DNA of 64,000 bases, from positions 1,120,001 to 1,184,000 of the forward strand of contig OY969814.1 of the NCBI GenBank assembly GCA_963703345.1. The letters are read 5' to 3'. Numbering within the stretch: position 1 is the first letter of the stretch; every line of letters starts with the position of its first letter. Positions 47,960-57,471 of the stretch are shown piece by piece. The notes under the pieces are model-generated. The model did not search any database, was not told the DNA's origin, and saw nothing but the letters and a program-made list of their open reading frames with translations. The DNA comes from an uncultured Chloroflexia bacterium (GTDB lineage: Bacteria > Chloroflexota > Dehalococcoidia > DSTF01 > JALHUB01). The position numbers were made by a program, and so were the translations under genes.

Positions 47960-48328
47960 ATGCCACGCGGAGGACGACGCCCCGGCGCAGCCGAAGGCTC
48001 GCCTAGGAGAGGAGCCCCGAAGGGCAACCTCAACGCCCTGAAGACCGGCGCCTACTCTCGACAGCTCAAGGCCGCCATCAGCGCCCTGCTCGACCACCAC
48101 GAAACCCGGCCTGTCCTCCTCGCCATCCTTGAGCAGAAGCGACGCGACCGGCTCCGCTTTCAAGCGCTCATGATCGTCAGCGCCAGGCTCCTCCAGAATG
48201 GTCGGCTTTCAGCCACAATTCGACGCAAATTAGAGCAATATCTTGAATCTGAATGTGCACACATCGAATCTGGAAAAAACGCGAAAAAACAGTTGAATTC
48301 AATGGTCAATCAAAGCTGGCCCGCTTGA
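47960..48328 (+). CDS. small basic hypothetical protein (GAPKGNLNALKTG motif), copy 1
   Basis: Paralogous to 63684-64000: RFQALMIVSA and IRRKLEQYLESECAH are identical. Confidence 0.65.
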   Translation: MPRGGRRPGAAEGSPRRGAPKGNLNALKTGAYSRQLKAAISALLDHHETRPVLLAILEQKRRDRLRFQALMIVSARLLQNGRLSATIRRKLEQYLESECAHIESGKNAKKQLNSMVNQSWPA

Positions 48329-48392
48329 CACCGGTCGCCGCGCTGCCCCATCATCGCCTCGCAGCCCGATTCCATCGCCGGAGGCCCGCAGC

Positions 48393-49583
48393 ATGATGCC
48401 GCTCGAAGGAATACGCGTCCTCGATCTCTCCCGCCTGGCGCCCGGCCCCTTCTGCACGATGCTCCTCGCCGACCTCGGCGCCGACGTCATCGTCGTCGAA
48501 GCGCCGCCCGACAGCCTGCGCAGCGGCCTGCGCATCGAGCAGGTCATCGACGCCAACGTCCTCGTACGCGGCGCCGCCTACAACGCCCTCGGACGCAACA
48601 AGCGCAGCATCGTCCTCGACTTGAGGCAGGATGCCGCCCGACAGGTCTTCTACCGGCTCGCCGCCACCGCCGACGTTGTCCTCGAAGGCTTCCGACCCGG
48701 CGTCGTCAAGCGCCTGGGCGTCGCCTACGACACGCTGGCCGCCCTGAATTCACGCCTCGTCTACTGCTCCCTCTCCGGCTACGGCCAGGACGGCCCCTAC
48801 GCCGCGCTTCCTGGCCACGACATCAACTACATCGCCCTTACCGGCATGCTCGACATGGTGGGCTGGCCGGGCGAGCCGCCGGCAATCCCCCTCAACGTCG
48901 TCGCCGACTACGCCGCCGGCGGGCTGCACGCCGCTTACGCCATCCTTGCGGCGCTCCTGGCGCGCGACAAGACGGGTCGCGGCCAGTACCTCGACATCGC
49001 CATGTCCGACGGCGTCATGTACTTGCTGGCCGCCGCGCTGTCGCAGTACCTGGCGAGCGGCGCGGTGACGCGTCGCGGCGAAGGCATGTTAAACGGCGGC
49101 GTGCCCTACTACAACGTCTACCAGACGAAGGACGGCGGCTGGCTGGCGGTCGGCTGCCTCGAGGCGCACTTCTTCGCCAACTTGTGTCACGCCCTCGGCT
49201 GCGACGACCTGGCGCCCTTCCAGTACGACGCCTCGCACCACGACGAGGTCTTCCGTCGCCTGCGCGAGCGCTTCCTGATGAAGACGCGCGACGAGTGGTT
49301 CGAGCTGCTGAAGGACGCCGACGCCTGCGTCACGCCTGTCTACTCGCTGGCAGAGGCCGTCGCCGACCGGCACAGCGAGGAGCGCGGAATGGTGGTCGAA
49401 GTGGAGCACCCCACGCTGGGGAAGGTGCGCCAGGTGGGAATAGCGACGAAGCTTTCGGAGACACCGGGTCGCGTGCGCGCAACAACACCCCGTCCCGGCC
49501 AGCACACAGACGAAGTACTATCGCAGGCAGGACTGAGCGCGACCGAGATCGCCTCGCTCAGGCAGGCAGGCGCCGTAGCCTAG
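48393..49583 (+). CDS. CaiB/BaiF family III CoA-transferase
   Basis: RVLDLSRLAPGP, RNKRS, EGFRPGV, GHDINY. Confidence 0.93.
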   Translation: MMPLEGIRVLDLSRLAPGPFCTMLLADLGADVIVVEAPPDSLRSGLRIEQVIDANVLVRGAAYNALGRNKRSIVLDLRQDAARQVFYRLAATADVVLEGFRPGVVKRLGVAYDTLAALNSRLVYCSLSGYGQDGPYAALPGHDINYIALTGMLDMVGWPGEPPAIPLNVVADYAAGGLHAAYAILAALLARDKTGRGQYLDIAMSDGVMYLLAAALSQYLASGAVTRRGEGMLNGGVPYYNVYQTKDGGWLAVGCLEAHFFANLCHALGCDDLAPFQYDASHHDEVFRRLRERFLMKTRDEWFELLKDADACVTPVYSLAEAVADRHSEERGMVVEVEHPTLGKVRQVGIATKLSETPGRVRATTPRPGQHTDEVLSQAGLSATEIASLRQAGAVA

Positions 49584-49631
49584 CGAGCGCTGGCGCTGTC
49601 GCCTTTCGATGTCCTCTCGGCTAGTCCGCCT

Positions 49632-50282
49632 CTAAGGGCTCAGGTTGAAGTTGAAGCTGCTCAGCGACTTGAGCGCGTCGTTCGCCGCATCCATAAGGAA
49701 GAAGCCCGGCGCGAAGAAGTTGCTGCTTGTCACGAGCAGCCCAAGCACAATCGCCCAGACGGCGAACCCGGCTAAGTTGCATACCAGCACCGTGCCGGGC
49801 GAAGCGTTGGTAGCCGACTGGACCGCTATCGTCGTTAGTCCGAAGAACAAAGCGATCGACGCTAGCCCGATGCCGAAGTCAAGGCCGGGAATGAACATTA
49901 GAACCGACAACGCCAGCGGCGCTGCGGCCAGACCCATCACTCGCACGAGCTGCTGCACATCTGCCTGAGCGCGGAAGACCTGCGTGAGCAGCACATAGAC
50001 GATCAGTAGCCAGGCTACCCAGAGCCCGATTGAGAAAATGCTGCCCAGGACGAGTGATTGCAGGAAGACCTTGCTCTTGTCGCCGAAGTCCTGCGTCATC
50101 GACCACCACAGCCAGCCTCCCAGGCCGGCAAGGAAGGTCGCGGCGACCGCAACGATGACGGCAGGCACGGTTGCACCCGGGTCCAGACGCACCTCGTCGA
50201 AAACGGTGGTATCGAGGCGGATGAGCCGCAGCAGGCGGTTCATCATCCCCTGCATGTCTGCTTGGGTTACGTTGACGTTCAT
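49632..50282 (-). CDS. Yip1-like membrane protein
   Basis: About 5 hydrophobic helices. GAGGAG RBS. Confidence 0.6.
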   Translation of the reverse strand: MNVNVTQADMQGMMNRLLRLIRLDTTVFDEVRLDPGATVPAVIVAVAATFLAGLGGWLWWSMTQDFGDKSKVFLQSLVLGSIFSIGLWVAWLLIVYVLLTQVFRAQADVQQLVRVMGLAAAPLALSVLMFIPGLDFGIGLASIALFFGLTTIAVQSATNASPGTVLVCNLAGFAVWAIVLGLLVTSSNFFAPGFFLMDAANDALKSLSSFNFNLSP

Positions 50283-50464
50283 TTTGTTCTCCTCGCCTTT
50301 CGCGTTTGCCGCGTCCTTGCGACGCGTGTCGCCGGTCCGGCTACCTTCAGATAAGCAGCAGCCCTCCTTTCGCTGGCGACCTCCTCCAGCAAGGCTTCCA
50401 AGGCGCGTTCCCAGCGACGGGAACTAAAACCCTAACCTGTATTATCACAGTAACAATTACTTTG

Positions 50465-51193
50465 TCAAAGGGGTCTCTTTGCGGGAATTCCCGCGCGACG
50501 GGGATAGCGCGAAGGCGTTGAGACAAGCTTCTCGACCAGGACGAGCCGCTGCGTCGAAATCCCTCCGGGCGCGTTTAGTGGCTCGCTCGACACGACGGCG
50601 CCACCAAGCACGTCCAGCGCCCGCCGCGACGCCCCGATCTCGGGCAAAGTACCGCTTCCCTTTGGCGCGGCCAGGTGCCCGCCGACGCGCAGGAACGGCA
50701 ACGTCAGCTCCAGCAGCACCGGCAGCGGCGCCAGCGCCCGCGCCAGCGCCAGGTCGAACCGCTCCCGATAGGCCGGGTCACGGCCGGCGTCCTCCGCCCG
50801 CGCTGTGATGATCTCGACGTCGTCGATCGCCAGCGCGTAGAGCAGCTCGCCGAGGAAGACGGCGGTGCGCTGTCGTGCGTCGAGGACAGTGAGTCGTAGC
50901 TGCGGCAGCAGAACCTTCAGCGGCAGGCCGGGGACGCCGGCTCCCGTGCCCACGTCGATCACCCGCAACGAGATACTGTCGTCCACGATGCCTCTGGTGA
51001 AGAGAGCGCGGGCCAGCGCCAGCGACTCCAGGAAGTGGCGCTGCTCGATTCCCTCCCTGATGCCTATCGCGGTGACGCCGGCGCGCCTTCCCGATGACAG
51101 CATCAGGTCGGCATAGCGCTCGAACGCCGCAAACTGCTCTCCGCTTAGCTCGAAGCCCAGCGCGCAGGCGCCTTCGGTCAGGACCTTCGACAT
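50465..51193 (-). CDS. rsmG: 16S rRNA m7G527 methyltransferase
   Basis: HFLESL, DVGTGAGVPG, RAED, ARALA, YPRRAGIP.K.PL. Confidence 0.92.
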   Translation of the reverse strand: MSKVLTEGACALGFELSGEQFAAFERYADLMLSSGRRAGVTAIGIREGIEQRHFLESLALARALFTRGIVDDSISLRVIDVGTGAGVPGLPLKVLLPQLRLTVLDARQRTAVFLGELLYALAIDDVEIITARAEDAGRDPAYRERFDLALARALAPLPVLLELTLPFLRVGGHLAAPKGSGTLPEIGASRRALDVLGGAVVSSEPLNAPGGISTQRLVLVEKLVSTPSRYPRRAGIPAKRPL

Positions 51194-51256
51194 GGCGCAC
51201 CTTCGCCAAGGAATCCCACCGATTATAGCACCCGTCCCTCCGGAGTAGCGTCCAAT

Positions 51257-51285
51257 TTGACACCCCCTCTGAAGCTGCCTAAAAT
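51257..51285 (+). promoter_or_regulatory. sigma70 promoter of the second Gre-family gene
   Basis: TTGACA-17 bp-TAAAAT. Confidence 0.75.
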
Positions 51286-51348
51286 CGAAAACCAAAGGGG
51301 GACAGCGAGATTCCGGAAGAATCGCCGACTCTACGGGAGGCAGCGGAG

Positions 51349-52110
51349 ATGTTCCTCGCCGGATTGCCGGCAGAGGAGCGAAAGGAAGTCCAGCCGGAAG
51401 TTCACCGCTTCGTGCGCTGGTACGGCACCGAACGCCGTCTCTCCGAGCTCAACAGCCACGAAGTCTCCAAGTACCCCGACAGCCTGGGGATGACCCTTGC
51501 CGATGCCGCCCGCAAGCTGGAGCCGGTGCGCTCATTCCTCACCTTCGCCAAGAAGAAGGGCTTCACGCCGGCGAACCTGGCCGTGCAGATAAGGCCGCCC
51601 AAGCAGGCAAAGGCTCAGGTCCGACCGCGTCGCCGTGTGGAAAGAACGCCAGAAACGCTCACGCCCGAAGGCATCGCCGCGTTGGGATTGGAGCTGGAAG
51701 AGCTGCGCTCACGGCGGCCGCTTCTGGCCTCTGAGTTGCAGCGCGCCATGTCCGACAAGGACTTCCGCGAGAATGCCCCGCTAGACGCCCTGCGCGACCA
51801 GCAGGGCCACCTGGAGTCGCGCATTCGTGACGTCGAAGCGGCGCTGCACAACCACGTGCTCGTCGAGAAGCTGGGCCGGCCGAGGTCGGAGGTGGAGATT
51901 GGCGCTACTGTGCACCTGCGCAATCTCAAGTCGGGCGCGACTCTTCGCTACACCGTCGTCAGTCCCCGCGAGGTGAACGCCGGCGAAGGCAAGATATCAA
52001 TCGATTCGCCGATGGGACGGGCGCTTGTTAGCCGCCGGGAGGGCGAGGAGGTGGAGGTGACCGCGCCGGCCGGATCGCTCCATTTCCGCATCGAAAAGAT
52101 CGAAGAGTAA
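51349..52110 (+). CDS. GreA/GreB-family factor with an extra N-terminal helical domain
   Basis: C-terminal LTPEG...DKDFRENAPLD...ISIDSPMGRAL, preceded by about 100 extra residues. Start may lie upstream (ATT at 51310). Confidence 0.85.
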   Translation: MFLAGLPAEERKEVQPEVHRFVRWYGTERRLSELNSHEVSKYPDSLGMTLADAARKLEPVRSFLTFAKKKGFTPANLAVQIRPPKQAKAQVRPRRRVERTPETLTPEGIAALGLELEELRSRRPLLASELQRAMSDKDFRENAPLDALRDQQGHLESRIRDVEAALHNHVLVEKLGRPRSEVEIGATVHLRNLKSGATLRYTVVSPREVNAGEGKISIDSPMGRALVSRREGEEVEVTAPAGSLHFRIEKIEE

Positions 52111-52117
52111 GCGGTAA

Positions 52118-52150
52118 GCGACAGCAAAATCAGTCTGCTGTCGCATTTTC
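52118..52150 (+). terminator. probable intrinsic terminator
   Basis: GCGACAGCA-9 nt-TGCTGTCGC followed by ATTTT. Confidence 0.6.
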
Positions 52151-52266
52151 AACCAATATGTGATACTATTCACATTCGAAGGGACAAAAGGCGCTCCGAG
52201 TATCGGTAAGAGCGTGCGGGCATCTGGAGGGTGATGGGTCTGTCATCCGCTGCTGGGAGAATGACG

Positions 52267-53412
52267 ATGACCACCAGGATTGACCAGTACGAATACATCC
52301 CCGGGTTGGCCGGCGTTCCGGTCACGAAGTCACGCATCAGCGACATCGACGGCCATCGGGGCATCCTCAAGCTGCGCGGCTACACGATCCAGGACCTCGC
52401 CGAGCACAGCACATACGAAGAGACGGCCTACCTCATCCTCAAGGGCGAGTTGCCCAGCACCGGCCAGCTCGACGCCTTCAAGAAAGAGCTCGCCGAGTAC
52501 CGCGCCGTCGAGCCGACGATCCTTGACATAATCAAGCTCTTTCCCAAGACGGCGCACCCCATGTCCGCGCTCCAGACCGGCGTGGCCGCCATGGGCCTCT
52601 TCTACCCGCGCAACACCGACGACGCGGAGATTAACCATCAGGCGACGGTCCGGCTCATCGCCCAGGTTCCGACGATTCTAGCTGCCTTCCAGAACGTGCG
52701 CCAGGGGAGAGACCCGATTCCGCCCCTGGACGATCTGAGCCACTCCGCCAACTTTCTGTACATGATTAACGGTGAGCTTCCTGACCCGCTTGTCGAGAAG
52801 ATCTTCGACGTCTGCCTGATCCTGCACATCGAGCACACCGTCAACGCCTCCACCTTCACGTCAATGGTCGCCTGCTCGACGCTGGCGGATCCGTACAGCA
52901 CCGTTGCGGCAGCCATCGCCTCACTGAGCGGGCCGCTGCACGGCGGTGCCAACGAGCGCGTCCTGCGCATGCTCCAGGAGATCGGCTCCGTCGACAACGC
53001 GCGAAGGGCGATTCAGGACAAGATAGCCGACAAGGAAGTGATCTTCGGCATGGGACACCGCGAGTACAAGACGATGGACCCGCGTGCGACCATCCTTAAG
53101 GGCCTCTGCGTGCCCCTGTTCGACAAGTTCGGCTGCACGCCTCTGTACGACATCGCCGTCGAAGTGGAGACAGTGGCAGCGGAACGCCTGGGCGAGCGCG
53201 GCATCTGGCCGAACGTCGATTTCTACTCCGGCATCGTCTACGATATGATGGGGATACCCGTCGACCTGTTCACGCCGGTATTCGCCGTGTCGCGCGTCGC
53301 CGGCTGGGTAGCGCACTGGGCGGAGCAGCTCAGCGACAACCGCATCTTCCGCCCAACGCAGATCTACGAGGGGCACGACTCCCGCCCTTACATCCCCATC
53401 ACCGCCCGCTAG
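52267..53412 (+). CDS. gltA: citrate synthase
   Basis: AHPM, HTVNAST, GPLHGGAN, GMGHREYK, PNVDFYSG. Start at 52261 or 52267. Confidence 0.93.
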   Translation: MTTRIDQYEYIPGLAGVPVTKSRISDIDGHRGILKLRGYTIQDLAEHSTYEETAYLILKGELPSTGQLDAFKKELAEYRAVEPTILDIIKLFPKTAHPMSALQTGVAAMGLFYPRNTDDAEINHQATVRLIAQVPTILAAFQNVRQGRDPIPPLDDLSHSANFLYMINGELPDPLVEKIFDVCLILHIEHTVNASTFTSMVACSTLADPYSTVAAAIASLSGPLHGGANERVLRMLQEIGSVDNARRAIQDKIADKEVIFGMGHREYKTMDPRATILKGLCVPLFDKFGCTPLYDIAVEVETVAAERLGERGIWPNVDFYSGIVYDMMGIPVDLFTPVFAVSRVAGWVAHWAEQLSDNRIFRPTQIYEGHDSRPYIPITAR

Positions 53413-54029
53413 CTGGCCGGAGGGCTTTCCAGGGGCAGCCCGGCCTCCAGGTGCGCGAAGGCGGGGTCTATCAGCCCCAGAACGTCGGCCGACGGGTCTT
53501 CGGCGGCGCGGAGCATGGCCGGCAGGCACACGCCGAGCACAGCGCCCGCGAAATTCTGCACGGCGAAATCATCCGCCGGACATCCCAGGCGCTCTGCCAG
53601 CAGTTCGGCGAGGAGTTGAAGCCCTCCCGCAAGCTGTCCCATCCAGGACGCCCGCAGCTCGGGAACCGAGAGGAACAGCTTCGCGCGCTCTCGCTGCTGC
53701 GCAAGCTCTTCCGTGGGCAGGCTCTTGAGGACGGCCCGAAACGCGGCCCGAAGCGCCTGTATCGGGCTGAGCTCCAGTGGCTGAGCCCGGAATGCCGCGA
53801 TGAGCATTGGGTCGAGGACGTCGTAAAGCACGACGTGTTCTTTCGACGAGAAGTAGCGGAAGAAAGTGCTCGGCGAAACCTCCGCCGCGGCCGCAATCTG
53901 CTCCACCGTCGTCGCCGCGTAACCGTGTTCGCGGAAAAGGCGTAACGCCTCCTGCTGAATCGCCGCGCGGGTTTTAAGCTTTTTGCGTTCGCGGAGGCCC
54001 GTCGCCTGACACTCACTATTCAAACGCAT
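53409..54029 (-). CDS. TetR-family regulator
   Basis: GLRERKK..TR, TTVEQIAAAAEVSPSTFFRYF..KE. Confidence 0.9.
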   Translation of the reverse strand: MRLNSECQATGLRERKKLKTRAAIQQEALRLFREHGYAATTVEQIAAAAEVSPSTFFRYFSSKEHVVLYDVLDPMLIAAFRAQPLELSPIQALRAAFRAVLKSLPTEELAQQRERAKLFLSVPELRASWMGQLAGGLQLLAELLAERLGCPADDFAVQNFAGAVLGVCLPAMLRAAEDPSADVLGLIDPAFAHLEAGLPLESPPAS

Positions 54030-55593
54030 TGTCGGCCCCCAATCTCGGCTGCTCGGCCTGGTTTTCCTTCGGCTGGATGACCCGATTGGGAAGCCACACG
54101 AGCGCAACAAGAGCGCTGGCCGCAATGAATGCCGCGCCAACCTCCAGTCCCTGGCTCATGCCGTGGATGAAGGCGCCCTTCGCCACCGTGGCGATCGCGT
54201 CACCCTGAGACCCGCCGACGGCGTTCCCAACGGCTATGGCGCCTCCGACGGAGCTCTTCGCTGTGGCGAGGGCGCTCGGCGGAAGCGCGCCTAAGGATGA
54301 CGCAATCGATGATCGATACGTGGATGTGAGGATGCTTCCCAAAATCGCGACGCCGAGCGCGCCGCCGATCTGCCGCGTCGTGGCGTTTGTGGCTGAACCG
54401 ACCCCGGCCTTGGCCAGCGGCAGCGAGCCCATTATCGAGCTCGTCGCCGGCACCATTGCCAGGAACAGACCGATGGCCATGAAGATAAGGGCTATCAGCG
54501 AGTGCCCATAACCCGAATCCAGGGTCGTTTTCGAAAAGTAGTAGGTTGCTCCCGCCGCGATAAGCATGCCGCCGGCGATTGAAGCCTTGTTGCCAAAGCG
54601 CTCGGCAACGCGAGGAGAGATTGGCGACATCACCAGCATCGTCACGACCATCGGCAGGAGGCGGATGCCCGTCTCCAAAGGCGAGTAGCCCAGGACGAAC
54701 TGGAAGTACTGAGTCAGGAAGAACAACGCCGAGGAGAGGGCGAAAAACGTCAGGGTGACGGTTGCGTTCGCCGCGGAGAAGCTGCGGTTTCGGAAGAACC
54801 GCAAGTTCAGCATCGGATGGTCGCAGCGGATTTCCCACGCGGCGAACGACGCCAGGACGGCCGCCGCCAGCGCGAAGGCGCTCATGATCTCTCCTGAGCT
54901 CCAGCCCCTCGTCGGCACCTCGATGATCCCGTAAACCAGCGCGATCAGGCCGACGATCGACAGCACTGACCCGACGGGGTCGGCCCGGGGCGCTTCCGGG
55001 TCGCGGCTGTTCGGCAGGATGAGTTGTCCCGACACAAACGCGACGATCACCACCGGTACGTTAATCAGGAACACGGAGCCCCAGAAGAAGTTCTCCAGCA
55101 GCCAGCCGCCAAGAATGGGACCCAGGGCCAACCCGATGGCCGACATACCGGCCCAGACGCCGATGGCGCGAGCACGCTCCTCATGCGGGAAGGCGTTGGT
55201 GAGAATCGAAAGCGTCGAAGGCAGCATCGCCGCCGCCCCGACGCCCATGACGGCGCGCGCCAGAATAAGCATATTCGACGACTGAGCAAACGCCGACGCG
55301 CAGGAGCCCGCCCCGAAGATGACGAGCCCGAGCTGGAGAGTTGAGCGGCGCCCGAACCGGTCTCCCAGGCTTCCCATCGTCAGGAGAAGCGCCGCGAATA
55401 GCAGGATGTAGGAGTCGACCATCCACTGGAGTTGCGTCTCTGATGCGTGGAGATCGCGAACCAACGTGGGCAGAGCGACGTTCAGGATGAAGTTGTCCAT
55501 TCCGATGATAACGACGCTCAGGCAGAGGACGCCGAGGATCCACCACCTCCGCTCATAGCTCGCCGACTGCCGGATCTTGTCTGAGGCCGTCAT
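54016..55593 (-). CDS. DHA2 (EmrB/QacA) MFS efflux transporter
   Basis: MDNFILNVALP, GSLGDRFGRR, WGSVFLINVP, about 14 TM segments. Confidence 0.93.
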   Translation of the reverse strand: MTASDKIRQSASYERRWWILGVLCLSVVIIGMDNFILNVALPTLVRDLHASETQLQWMVDSYILLFAALLLTMGSLGDRFGRRSTLQLGLVIFGAGSCASAFAQSSNMLILARAVMGVGAAAMLPSTLSILTNAFPHEERARAIGVWAGMSAIGLALGPILGGWLLENFFWGSVFLINVPVVIVAFVSGQLILPNSRDPEAPRADPVGSVLSIVGLIALVYGIIEVPTRGWSSGEIMSAFALAAAVLASFAAWEIRCDHPMLNLRFFRNRSFSAANATVTLTFFALSSALFFLTQYFQFVLGYSPLETGIRLLPMVVTMLVMSPISPRVAERFGNKASIAGGMLIAAGATYYFSKTTLDSGYGHSLIALIFMAIGLFLAMVPATSSIMGSLPLAKAGVGSATNATTRQIGGALGVAILGSILTSTYRSSIASSLGALPPSALATAKSSVGGAIAVGNAVGGSQGDAIATVAKGAFIHGMSQGLEVGAAFIAASALVALVWLPNRVIQPKENQAEQPRLGADNAFE

Positions 55594-55622
55594 TGCTTCG
55601 CCTTTCGCGGTATGTTAGTGAA

Positions 55623-55651
55623 AGTCTATGCCAAATGATAGTAACCGTCAA
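55623..55651 (-). promoter_or_regulatory. promoter of the MFS-tetR operon overlapped by a candidate operator
   Basis: TTGACG-17 bp-TAGACT on the minus strand. Imperfect palindrome TGATAGTAACCGTCA overlaps the -35 and spacer. Confidence 0.55.
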
Positions 55652-55729
55652 ATTAACAGGAGCCCTCCGCCTTGACCCGCTCGATCGGAACAGGCTAATC
55701 TCAGGACAGAGACTCGAGGTGAGAGGGAT

Positions 55730-57457
55730 ATGCCGAGTCTGCGCGTCGGCCTCGCCCAGATCAACGTCACCGTCGGCGACTTCAAAGGGAACGTAGCGAA
55801 GATACTCGGCTGCGTAGAGCATGCGCGCTCTCTCGCTGTCGACCTGCTGACTTTCCCTGAGCTGGCGATCCCCGGCTATCCGCCGGAGGACCTCCTCCTG
55901 CGGCCGCAGTTCGTCCGCGACAACCTGGACGCCCTAAACGACGTTGTGAAGGGGAGCGCCGGAATCACATTGGTCGTTGGCTTCGTCGATTCCGAGCAGG
56001 ACATCTACGACGCCGCGGCGATCGTTCATGACGGAAAGCTCGTCGATGTGTACCGCAAGCAGTACCTGCCGAACTACGGCGTCTTCGACGAAGACCGCTA
56101 CTTCGAGCCGGGCAAGCGCGTCGCCGTCCACGAGATCGCCGGCGTGGTAGTCGGCGTCAACATCTGCGAAGACATCTGGTACCCGGAAGGCCCGGCGCAG
56201 GCCCAGGCGTATGCGGGCGCGCAGGTCATCACGAACGTCAGCGCGTCACCATTCCAGGCCGGCAAGCGCCCCTTCCGCGAGCGCATGCTTTCGACCCGCG
56301 CGAGCGACGCCGCGGCGATGCTCTGCTACAACAACATCGTCGGCGGCCAGGATGAGCTGGTGTTCGATGGCAACAGCATGGTCTTCGGGCCGGAAGGTGA
56401 CATTATCGGCCGCGCCTGCTCCTTCGAGGAAGACCTGCTGGTTTGCGATCTGGACATGGACCAGGTCATGAAGGCGCGGCTGCACGCTCCCCGCCGGCGC
56501 AAGGGCGTCGCCACGAGCGGCGCTGCGCCGGAGAAAATCCACATCTCGTCAGCACCCTTTGTCACCGACAAACCGCCGCTTCCAGAGCGACACGTCGAGC
56601 CGCTGGAGGGCGTCGCGGAGGTCTACGCGGCGCTGGTCGTCGGCACGCGCGACTACGTGCGCAAGAACGGCTTCAGCAAGGTAGTAATCGGCCTTTCCGG
56701 TGGCGTTGACTCCAGCCTGGTCGCGGCCATCGCCGTCGACGCCCTGGGGTCGGAGAACGTCATAGGCGTTTCGATGCCGTCGCGGTTCTCCTCGCCGGGA
56801 AGTCGCAGCGACGCTCAGACCCTCGCCGAGAGGCTGGGCATTCGCCTCATAACGATTCCCATCGAAGAGGCGTTCAGCGCCTACCAAGACATGCTTTCGG
56901 AGCCATTCGCCGGCACCGAGTTCGGGATCGCGGAGGAAAACCTGCAGACGCGAATTCGGGGCAACATCCTGATGGGGCTCTCCAACAAGTTCGGCTGGCT
57001 GGTGCTCACGACGGGCAACAAGAGCGAGATGGCGACGGGCTACTCGACGCTCTACGGCGACATGGCGGGCGGGTTCGCCGTTATCAAGGACGTGCCGAAG
57101 ACGCTGGTTTACAGGCTGGCGGAGTACCGCAACGCTCGCGACGGCAAGCCCGTCATCCCGCCCGAAGTCATCGCGAAAGTACCCTCAGCAGAACTGAGGC
57201 CGAACCAGGCCGACACCGACACGCTGCCGCCCTATGAACTGCTGGATCCCATCCTCACGGCGTACGTCGAGGAGGACAAGAGCATGGCCGACCTGCTGGC
57301 CGCCGGCTTCGACGAAGAGACCGTGAAACGCGTCATCACGATGGTCAACCGAAACGAGTACAAGCGCCGGCAAGCGCCGCCCGGCGTCAAGATCACGCCG
57401 CGTGCGTTCGGCCGCGACCGGCGTCTGCCCATCGCCAACCGCTATCGGGGCTGGTAG
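55730..57457 (+). CDS. nadE: glutamine-dependent NAD+ synthetase
   Basis: Nitrilase domain (FPEL, YRK, ICED) plus GLSGGVDS, TGNKSE, PSAEL, EYKRRQ. Confidence 0.96.
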   Translation: MPSLRVGLAQINVTVGDFKGNVAKILGCVEHARSLAVDLLTFPELAIPGYPPEDLLLRPQFVRDNLDALNDVVKGSAGITLVVGFVDSEQDIYDAAAIVHDGKLVDVYRKQYLPNYGVFDEDRYFEPGKRVAVHEIAGVVVGVNICEDIWYPEGPAQAQAYAGAQVITNVSASPFQAGKRPFRERMLSTRASDAAAMLCYNNIVGGQDELVFDGNSMVFGPEGDIIGRACSFEEDLLVCDLDMDQVMKARLHAPRRRKGVATSGAAPEKIHISSAPFVTDKPPLPERHVEPLEGVAEVYAALVVGTRDYVRKNGFSKVVIGLSGGVDSSLVAAIAVDALGSENVIGVSMPSRFSSPGSRSDAQTLAERLGIRLITIPIEEAFSAYQDMLSEPFAGTEFGIAEENLQTRIRGNILMGLSNKFGWLVLTTGNKSEMATGYSTLYGDMAGGFAVIKDVPKTLVYRLAEYRNARDGKPVIPPEVIAKVPSAELRPNQADTDTLPPYELLDPILTAYVEEDKSMADLLAAGFDEETVKRVITMVNRNEYKRRQAPPGVKITPRAFGRDRRLPIANRYRGW

Positions 57458-57471
57458 GGGCGTCGAGAGCG

